The notes under the pieces were generated by a model. That model had not been told where the DNA came from. It ran no database searches and worked only from the letters and a program-made list of their open reading frames with translations. Below, one piece after another: positions 27,500 to 35,383 of a stretch of DNA of 64,000 nt. Positions within the stretch are counted from its first letter, which is position 1. Each line of letters opens with the position of its first letter. The stretch is from Alphaproteobacteria bacterium (lineage in GTDB: Bacteria > Pseudomonadota > Alphaproteobacteria > UBA7887), in contig CBDEUQ010000003.1 of assembly GCA_965243325.1 (NCBI GenBank), positions 1,059,219 to 1,123,218 on the forward strand. The letters run 5' to 3'. A program made the translations under genes and the position numbers.

Positions 27500-27955
27500 A
27501 TGGTTCGATACGCGATAGGGCTGCTCGCGGCGCTGGCGGCCGCGGCACCGGCGCTGGCGGCGGCGGAGGACGGCGGCATGGCGCCGGGCGGCGTGCACGA
27601 CGAGAGGATCACGCTGCACGACAAGAGCTGGCTCTGCGCCACGCCCGAGGACTACGCCCACGCACTCGACCGCGTCGCGGAGGGGAGCTCCAGCTTCGGG
27701 GCGATCCAGAAGGAGCTGCTCGACAGCAAGAAGTGCATGCTCGTCGTCGAGGACGACATCGAGGACATGATGGCGCCGTTCGTCGAGGTCATGGAGCGGC
27801 AGGGCCAGACCGTCAGGGTCCGCTTCACGGTGGAGTTCTACAAACGCATCGAGTTCCTGCACCGGAACATCACCCGCATCACCTTCGCCGGCTGGACCGG
27901 CGAGGACAACTTGCGCAACTACTATCAGTGGCTGACCGGAAAGCCGCAAAGCTGA
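27500..27955 (+). CDS. Exported hypothetical protein
   Basis: RBS AAGGAGG, signal peptide, two Cys, strong GC3 bias. Confidence 0.75.
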   Translation: MVRYAIGLLAALAAAAPALAAAEDGGMAPGGVHDERITLHDKSWLCATPEDYAHALDRVAEGSSSFGAIQKELLDSKKCMLVVEDDIEDMMAPFVEVMERQGQTVRVRFTVEFYKRIEFLHRNITRITFAGWTGEDNLRNYYQWLTGKPQS

Positions 27956-28365
27956 CGGCGGCCGTACTGGCCGCGGCGCTGCCCGCGGCGCTGCCCGCGG
28001 CGGCGGCCGAAGACGGCGGCGACATGTTCATCCGCGGCACCGTCTCGGCGGTGCCGGAACACGCGGCGCGGGTCGCCGCGGGCGACCGTCTGGTCATCAA
28101 GATCTACCACCCCGGCGACGGCGTCGAACACGATCCGAAGTACAAGTACGTGCGCGACTTCTCGCTGCCCGCGGACTTCGCGATTTCGCCCCCCATCGAC
28201 ATGAACGGCAACGCCCGCTGGCCCGTCTGGCGCGTCGAGATCTTCACCGACCGCGACGGCGACGTGCTGTCGGTCGTGGACGGCGAGCTGTTCGCGGCGA
28301 CGCCCGAGCCGCTGCCGCTCGGCCGCCGCGGAGTCGTCCTGGAACTCGCGCCGCGCAAACCCTAG
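27952..28365 (+). CDS. Exported protein resembling the CcmI/CycH C-terminal domain (start uncertain)
   Basis: IRGTVSAVPEHAARVAAGDRLVI..FSLPADFAI; frame opens at CTG overlapping upstream TGA. Confidence 0.55.
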   Translation: MTAAVLAAALPAALPAAAAEDGGDMFIRGTVSAVPEHAARVAAGDRLVIKIYHPGDGVEHDPKYKYVRDFSLPADFAISPPIDMNGNARWPVWRVEIFTDRDGDVLSVVDGELFAATPEPLPLGRRGVVLELAPRKP

Positions 28366-28458
28366 CGGCGGCCGCCGCGGCGGACCATGGTCCGCTGTGC
28401 GCGCCCGCCGCCGCCGTGCTCCCATGACGCCGGACGCAACGAACGGCGGGAGCACCCC

Positions 28459-28671
28459 ATGCCCACGAAGAGACCGACGCCGCCGCGGCGGCGCGAACCC
28501 GACGCGGCTGCGCTCGCGGCCGCGCTCGGCACCGAGCCGAGCGAAACCGAACGCGCGGCGGGATACCGGACGCCGGCGGAGCGGATCCTCGCGGTCGCCG
28601 ACCGCGGCGGCCACTGGAGCGTGGTCACGATAGACGGCGGCAAGCACCGCGTCGCCAAGGGGGAGGCGTAG
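28459..28671 (+). CDS. Small hypothetical protein (phage-associated)
   Basis: RBS GGGAG; ends 2 bp before the capsid-fusion gene. Confidence 0.5.
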   Translation: MPTKRPTPPRRREPDAAALAAALGTEPSETERAAGYRTPAERILAVADRGGHWSVVTIDGGKHRVAKGEA

Positions 28672-28673
28672 CC

Positions 28674-30602
28674 GTGGCCGGCACGCCCGCGCCCGCGGCG
28701 GCGGCGGCGTTCGAGCGCCGTCACGACGCGGTGCGGCGCGCCCTCGATGCGATGCCGGCGGACGGCGAAAGCCCGCCGGCGCACGTCGTCGCGCTGTTCG
28801 ACGGCGGTGCCGTGATCGAGAGAGGCGGCGCGCTCACGCAATACGACTGCGCCGAGAGCGCCGGCGGCGCCGCGCTCTTTGACCCGGAGCCGTTCGAGAG
28901 CACGTTCCGCACGGTTGCAGGAACCGTGCGCGAGAGGGCGTCGCTCGTCGCCGGGGAGGCGGAGAGCCGCCGCGGGCGCTGGCTGATCCGCGCCATCCGC
29001 GCCGGCCTGAGCGCCAACGGCAACTTCTATCCCGAAGCGGTGCTGCGCGATGCGGAGCCGCTGTTCGACGGGGTCCGCGTTCTGGTGCGTGCCGACGAGG
29101 ATCATCTCGCCGGCCGCGCCAAGGACGTGCGCAACCTGATCGGCCGACTCGTCGCGCCGGCGTTCGTCGACGGCCGCGACGGGGCGCCCGGCGAGGTGCG
29201 CGCCGAGCTCGAACTGATCGAACCCGAAGGCGCGGTCGCCGCCAAGCTGCGCGGGGCATGGGAACGCGGCATGGCGGACCTGATGGGATTCTCGATCGTC
29301 GCCCGGGCGCGCGCCCGCATCGGGCGCGTCGGCGACCGCGCGGTGCGCATCGCCGAGCGCATCGAACGCATCGACTCGGTGGATCTGGTGGTCGAACCGG
29401 GAGCCGGCGGCGCGCTGCTCGACCTGATCGAGGCGGCGCCCGCCTCCGCACACGAGGAAAGGACGGAAGACATGAGCCAACCGCACGAAACGCCGCCGGC
29501 GGCGGCAACGCCGGAGTCCCCGAGCGCGGCGGCGGTCGACGCACGCATCGCCGAGGCGGTGCGCCGCGCCGAGGCCCGCGCCGCGGCGCGGGCCGAGATC
29601 GCCGCGAGCGGCCTGCCCGAGGTGGCGCGCGAACGCCTCGCGGCGCGCTTCGCCGACGCGGCGGAGGTGGAAGAGGGCGCGGCGGCGCGCGCCATCGCCG
29701 ACGAGCGCGCCTATCTCGCGCGCGCCGCCGACGCCGGCGCCGTCACCGGCCTCGGCGCCAGCGGCCGCACCGCGGTCGCCGAGGGGCGCGACGAGAAGGT
29801 CGCGAAGATGTTCGACGCGCTGCTCGATCCGGCGGACCGGTCGATGACCAGCCTCAAGGAGGCCTACGTGCAGACGACGGGCGACGTCCGCGTCAGCGGC
29901 CGGCTGCGCGCGTGCGACCCGGCGCTGATGCGCGAGGCGCTGGCGTCGAATTCGCTCGGCGAGGTGTTGGGCGACGCGATCGCCCGGCGGATGATCGCCG
30001 ACTACCGGCGGGCGAACGTCTACGACGTTTGGCGGCGGGTGGCCTCGACCGTGCCGCTCGCCGATTTCCGCACCCAGCACCGCACGCGCTGGGGCGGCTA
30101 CGGCGACCTGCCGGCGGTCGCCGAGGGCGCCGCCTACGCGGCGCTCGCCAGTCCGACCGACGAGGAGGTGACCTACGCGCCGTCGAAGCGCGGCGGCACC
30201 GAGGACGTGACGCTGGAGACCGTCAAGAACGACGACGCCGGGGCGCTCATGCGCATTCCGGTCAAGCTGTCGCGCGCGGCGCAGCGCACGCTGGCCAGGT
30301 TCGTGCTCGACCTGATCGTGGGCAATCCGGCGATGGACTACGACGGCGTCACGCTGTTCCACGCCGGCCACGGCAATCTCGGGACGGCGGCGCTGGCGCG
30401 GGACTCGCTCGCCGCGGCGCGCGTCGCCATGCTCAAGCAGACCGAGAAGGACTCGGGCGACCGCCTGGGCATCGGTCCGCGGTCGATCCTGGTGCCGCCG
30501 GACCTCGAGGCCGCGGCGGCGGACCTCTTTCGCCGCGGCACCGAGAACGACCCCGGCTTCGTGCAGTCGCTGTCGCTCGACGTGCTGCCCGTGTGGCACT
30601 AA
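28674..30602 (+). pseudogene. Phage head protease-scaffold-major capsid fusion (Mu-like head type), apparently C-terminally truncated
   Basis: GLSANGNFYP..GFSI..SVDLVVEPGAGG protease part; DFRT..GGYGDLPAV, KRGGTEDVTLE..NDD, LFHAGHGNL, ILVPPDLE capsid part; stops at VWH* exactly where GC drops. Confidence 0.8.
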
Positions 30603-30987
30603 ACAACCGAACACACGGGGTAAACTATGCAGACGTGATGAGCGATATTTCTCCGCTTTCTCTGTGTTGATACAGGATGATAGACTACATGCCAAACATG
30701 TAATCAATGGCACATTGACCATTGTATCAGTGCGAACATGCGGGGAAACTGTTGCACCCGGGTGTAAATGCCGGTGCGCGAGACGAGCACCGGGAGCCGC
30801 CCGAGTCGGATGAGCTTGACCCGCTGTATAGCCTGTCGCATCGGACGGATTATGTGGCATAGTGCATAGCATGCGGTGGCGGCTTGATGTGCCCACGCTT
30901 TATATAGGTGAAACTCGCCATTGATGCTGCCGTCTGGTGCTGGTTATATGGATACCGGCGACCGTCGCGACCGCACGGGAGGCGAGA

Positions 30988-31167
30988 ATGGCGATCAGGC
31001 CCCGGGGAGAGAAGCGCCGCCGGCGCTGCGTGCTGGCGACCGACGCCGAGTGGGCGCTGATCCGCGAGGACGCCGAGGCGGAGCGGCTGTCGGTCTCCGA
31101 CTACGTCGTGCGGGCGCTGCTCGACTGGCGCGAGCTTAAGGGCTCGATAGACGCCGGGAGCGGGTGA
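30988..31167 (+). CDS. Ribbon-helix-helix (MobC/NikA-like) protein 1
   Basis: RBS GGAGG; RRCVLATDAEWALIREDAEAERLSVSDYVV. Confidence 0.7.
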   Translation: MAIRPRGEKRRRRCVLATDAEWALIREDAEAERLSVSDYVVRALLDWRELKGSIDAGSG

Positions 31168-31180
31168 GGGGGCGGCGGGG

Positions 31181-31513
31181 GTGAAGCTCTCGAAGCCGCG
31201 CTGCGTCTACTGTTCGCCGGAGACCTGGGAGCGGATTCGCAGGCGGGCCCGGAAAGCCCGGATGCCGCTCTCGCGCTTCGGCTGGCTGTGCTGCCGGCGC
31301 GCGGCGGACGACAGCGTGGGCGAGGCCCCGGAACCGACCGGGCATGCGCTGGTGCTGGCGGCGGCCGCCCAGCGCCGCCTGTGCGAGGACGCGCTGTCCG
31401 TGGCCCGGTCCGGCCGCTTCGTCGTCCGCGCCCCGGGAGGGGCGGAGGCGGCGGTGTCGGTCGGGGAGGCGGCGGCGATGCTGCGCCTTGCCGAAGGCGG
31501 CCGTCCGCCGTGA
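31181..31513 (+). CDS. Ribbon-helix-helix-like protein 2
   Basis: RCVYCSPETWERIRRRARKARMPLSRFGW. Confidence 0.65.
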   Translation: MKLSKPRCVYCSPETWERIRRRARKARMPLSRFGWLCCRRAADDSVGEAPEPTGHALVLAAAAQRRLCEDALSVARSGRFVVRAPGGAEAAVSVGEAAAMLRLAEGGRPP

Positions 31514-32028
31514 CGAAGCCGCGCGACCGCAGGTCCGGCATGAACCACACGGTGTCGCTCACCGACGGCGAGTGGGAGCGTATCCGCGCCTGGGCGCGCG
31601 AGCGGGGCAAGTCGGCCTCGGCCTGGTTCTGCGAGTGCGCGCTGTCCGTGGACCCGTTCCCGGATACCGAGCCCGCCCGGCCGCTGGTCCTGGATGCGGA
31701 GGAACAGCGCGGCCTCGCCCGCAGCGCGGCGGCGGCCGCGCGCGACATGCGTTCCGGCGGCGAGGCGTCGTCGACTCTCGCCGACGACATGCGCGCCCTG
31801 CTGGAGCTGCGGCTCGGGGCGATGGCTCGCGACGGCCGGCGCGGGCGGGCGGTCGACCTGCTTCGCCGGGTGCTCGGCGAGGAACGCGCGTCGATCGTCG
31901 CAGCGGCGGTCCTGCCGGATGCGGAGGAAGCATCGAAGTCGCCGAAGCCGTCGAAAGCGCCGGCGGGGTCCGCCGAAGGTCCCGACCTGTTCACGGTGGG
32001 CGCGGGCGACCCGGCCGGCGGCGCTTGA
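31510..32028 (+). CDS. Ribbon-helix-helix-like protein 3
   Basis: GTGA overlap; HTVSLTDGEWERIRAWARERGKSASAWF. Confidence 0.65.
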   Translation: MTKPRDRRSGMNHTVSLTDGEWERIRAWARERGKSASAWFCECALSVDPFPDTEPARPLVLDAEEQRGLARSAAAAARDMRSGGEASSTLADDMRALLELRLGAMARDGRRGRAVDLLRRVLGEERASIVAAAVLPDAEEASKSPKPSKAPAGSAEGPDLFTVGAGDPAGGA

Positions 32029-32049
32029 CGTCGCCGGCGGGGCCGGCAA

Positions 32050-33501
32050 TCAGGATCGGGGTTCGGCCGCCGGGTTCAGGCGCCGGACGAGGTCGTTGGC
32101 GATGTCGCGCGCGATCCGCTCGCCCTGGCGCTCGACATCGTTGAAGCGCGAGTCGAACTGGTTCGCCTCCATGCGGAACACGCGGCCGATCTCGCGCATG
32201 CGGCCGTGGGTGTCGGCTTTCTGTCGTTCGTATTCGGGATCGTCCGACCCCATGACCTCGATGACGTAGCGCGCCCTGGCGCCGGGCGCGGAGGCGCGGC
32301 GCCCCAGGGCGTCGTCGTCCGGACGGCCGGGGTCCGCGTCGGCGTCTGCCTCCCGGAGGGTGACGGTGACCACGAAATCCGGCAGGCAGGGGCCGCGCCC
32401 GGTCTCGAACGGGGTCAGCGGCTTCTCCAGCTGCACCCGCACGCCCGCTCCGGCCGCGCGCCGCAGCGCCGTGTCGTCCTCCAGGCGGGGCATCAGGCGA
32501 CGAAGGGTTTCGAAGGCGCGCCGCTCGTGCCCGGAGTCGACCGGAAGCGGGCAGTCCGGCGCGGCGATCGGCTGCGCCCAGGCGAAGAGGCATTGCCACG
32601 GACCGCCGCCGCCGGGGCGGGCCACGATCCCGAGGAACAGCCAGGGGCCCGGCACCCGGTTGCGGAACACCCTGGGGGCGGCGACCTCGGACGAGACCGC
32701 GACGCGGCCGTCCCGCGGGTTCGCCGGGTTGATCTCCCGGTCGCCGAGGTCGCGGGCGAGCCAGCAGAGCATGGCGTACGGCTTCCCGCCCTTCGGCCAG
32801 TCCGGCTCGGCCTCCTCCAGCCGTCTTGCGACGCTGCCGTCCGTCCACTGCGCCGGGTCGGTGAACAGGAACTCCGGCGCGCGCACGCCGTCGGCGACGA
32901 AGAACTGCTCCGCCGCGCGCACGATCTCCGGCAGCCAGCCGCCGGGCGAGGAGAAGCGCGTTGCGCCGTCGAGCGTGTTCAGCAGCGCCGTCTGCATCAG
33001 CGTGCGCAGCATGTTCGCGGCGGTCCGGTGCCGCGACCCCGCCGGCAGTCCCGAGAACGACCGCGGCGCGGCCGGCCCCAGGGGTCCGTCCCCGGCGGAC
33101 TTCTTCTCCGCCGGCGCGAACGGGTCGAACCTGTCGTCGTGGGCGGCCTGCGGCGCCCGGCGGCGCGGCGCCGGCCTCTCGTCCCCGGCCAGGGCGAAGA
33201 CGCAGTGCCCGGCATGCGGCAGCGGCGCGCCTGGGCGGTTGACGAGATGAATCCGCTCCGGCGCGACCTGGCGCGGAACGATCACGGGCCCCCTGCCGTC
33301 CTCGGAACGGCAGTCGCACATGAACCAGCAACCGTCGTCGCGGGCGGAGCCGACGGTGCGCAGATAGAGGGCCCGCATCTCCTCGTCGACCTCGCCGCCG
33401 CGCTTCACCGTGCGGAGCGCGGCTTCCTCGGCCGGCTCCAGCATCCGGATCCAGTCGTAGGCGTCCTCCGCGTCCAGATTCCTGACCAGGTCGAGAGTCA
33501 T
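32050..33501 (-). CDS. Putative Zn-binding PD-(D/E)xK nuclease-like protein
   Basis: N-terminal CDC..HAGHC; C-terminal LPDF..VIEVMG..EYERQK. Confidence 0.55.
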   Translation of the reverse strand: MTLDLVRNLDAEDAYDWIRMLEPAEEAALRTVKRGGEVDEEMRALYLRTVGSARDDGCWFMCDCRSEDGRGPVIVPRQVAPERIHLVNRPGAPLPHAGHCVFALAGDERPAPRRRAPQAAHDDRFDPFAPAEKKSAGDGPLGPAAPRSFSGLPAGSRHRTAANMLRTLMQTALLNTLDGATRFSSPGGWLPEIVRAAEQFFVADGVRAPEFLFTDPAQWTDGSVARRLEEAEPDWPKGGKPYAMLCWLARDLGDREINPANPRDGRVAVSSEVAAPRVFRNRVPGPWLFLGIVARPGGGGPWQCLFAWAQPIAAPDCPLPVDSGHERRAFETLRRLMPRLEDDTALRRAAGAGVRVQLEKPLTPFETGRGPCLPDFVVTVTLREADADADPGRPDDDALGRRASAPGARARYVIEVMGSDDPEYERQKADTHGRMREIGRVFRMEANQFDSRFNDVERQGERIARDIANDLVRRLNPAAEPRS

Positions 33502-33766
33502 GGCCCCGCCGTCACCGGGTGTGAAGCTGCCGGACGGGGAAAGGCGCCACCGTGCGGACTGGACGAGCGGCGAGGACCCGCAGCGCGGCAGCTCCCTCGA
33601 AATGCGCCGGCGGCGCGCCGACAAGCCTGCCTGTCCAGCCGATCGCCATCGGTTCCCCTTCAAGCGCCCCGCAGTGCGCGGCTCTCACCCAGATTATCGC
33701 GCTATAGCCGGGTCAATCGCATCGTACCGTCTGCGGTCGGGCGACAACACCCGAGGCAGCGCACCA

Positions 33767-35242
33767 TCATGCGGGATCGTCGCTCTTCGACAGCGCTTCT
33801 CGCCCGAACCGCTCGACCGCCTCCAGCGTCTCGCGTACGTCGTCCCAGGTCGTGGTGTGGTTGACGATGCACATCCTGAGCGCGAACGTCCCGTGCAGCA
33901 GCGTCGACGACATGAACGCGGGGTCGTCCCAGAACATGCGCGCGAGCACGATCCTGTTGACCTTGTCCAGCTCCGCCTCGTCGAGGTCGCTGTCCGCCGG
34001 ATTGACCCGGAAGCACACGATCCCCAGCGTCGCCGTGTTCATGGCTTCCAGGACCGCACTCGCACGAACATAGGCTTCCGCACTGGCGGCCAGCTCCATG
34101 CCCTTCGCGACCGCGCGCCGAAAGGCCGCCATCCCGAAGGTCTGGATCGACATCCAGACCTTGAGCGCGCGAACCGAGCGGCTCAGTTGCAATCCAAGGT
34201 TCGAGAAGTTGGGATGGTTCGCTCCCCAGACCGTGTCCTGAAGGATGTCGGGTCGGACCGCGAAGGCGTCCGTGAGCGTCTTCTCGTCCTTCACCAGCAG
34301 GCAGCCTGCCTCGTAGGGCTGGAAGAGCCACTTGTGCGCATCCAGACCGATCGAGTCCGCGCGTTCGATCCCGCTCAACAGCCTCTTGCCCTGCTCGGTC
34401 ACGACCGCGAAGCCGCCGTAGGCGGCATCGACATGAAGCCACAGGCCTTCTGACGCGCAGAAGTCGGACAACTCATCGAGCGGGTCGATGGCGCCCGTGC
34501 CTACGGTGCCGGCGTTGGCGGCGACCGCGATGGGATTGAGGCCGGCGTCGCGGTCGGCGGCCACGGCCCGGGCGAGCGCATCCGTGTCCATGCGGAAGTC
34601 GGCGTTGCTCGGGACCATGCGGATGCGCTCGCGCCGAACGCCCACGATCATCGCTGCCCGGGAAAGCGCGCTGTGGCTCTGGTCGCTCATGTAGACGCTG
34701 GCGCGTTCGGGGTGCCCCGCCGCTTCGCGGGCCGCGACGAAGGCGTCGAGGCTGGCGGCCGAGCCGCCGCTGGTGAAGAGCCCGCCCGCGCCCTCGGGAT
34801 AGCCGAGCCAACGCCGGAACCAGTCGATGACGACCAGCTCGATGTAGCTCGGACCGCTCGCGACCAGCCAGGTGCATTCGTTGATGTGATAGCCGGCGGC
34901 CACGAAGTCGGCCACCACGCTGGGCCAGGTGGGCGACGAAGGGACGAAGCCGAAGCAGCGTGGATGATCCAGACGCGTCGAGTACGGAAGAATCTGACGC
35001 GCCGCTCTCTCGATGACCTCCGCGGCAGCCCGCCCGTCCTCCGGCGGGTCCTCCGACAGTCGGTCCTCGAGAACCTGGCGGAATTCGCCGTCCCAGGCGT
35101 TTTCCCCGGGCAGGCTCTGGATCCTCTCCACCACGAGCTCGAGCGCCTTCTGCCCGAGGTCGAGCATCTGTTCGCGCGACATCCCGAGATCGCCGGAGAC
35201 CCGAGCGTCCGGACTCGCTTCGGGCCTGCATTCATCGGGCAT
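33767..35242 (-). CDS. PLP-dependent aromatic-L-amino-acid decarboxylase family
   Basis: LFTSGGS, GTVGTGAIDPL, WLHVDAAYGG, DSIGLDAHKWL. Confidence 0.93.
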   Translation of the reverse strand: MPDECRPEASPDARVSGDLGMSREQMLDLGQKALELVVERIQSLPGENAWDGEFRQVLEDRLSEDPPEDGRAAAEVIERAARQILPYSTRLDHPRCFGFVPSSPTWPSVVADFVAAGYHINECTWLVASGPSYIELVVIDWFRRWLGYPEGAGGLFTSGGSAASLDAFVAAREAAGHPERASVYMSDQSHSALSRAAMIVGVRRERIRMVPSNADFRMDTDALARAVAADRDAGLNPIAVAANAGTVGTGAIDPLDELSDFCASEGLWLHVDAAYGGFAVVTEQGKRLLSGIERADSIGLDAHKWLFQPYEAGCLLVKDEKTLTDAFAVRPDILQDTVWGANHPNFSNLGLQLSRSVRALKVWMSIQTFGMAAFRRAVAKGMELAASAEAYVRASAVLEAMNTATLGIVCFRVNPADSDLDEAELDKVNRIVLARMFWDDPAFMSSTLLHGTFALRMCIVNHTTTWDDVRETLEAVERFGREALSKSDDPA

Positions 35243-35383
35243 GAAGGGACGTCTCCTTTAGCCGGTCGATTCCCGACCGCCACCGGCTTCATCCGTCGAT
35301 TACATCACCTCGGCCACGGGAGGCAAACCCTTGCCGGGACGACCATGCACAGTGGGGAGCGCACGCCGGCGCCGCCCGGCTCA

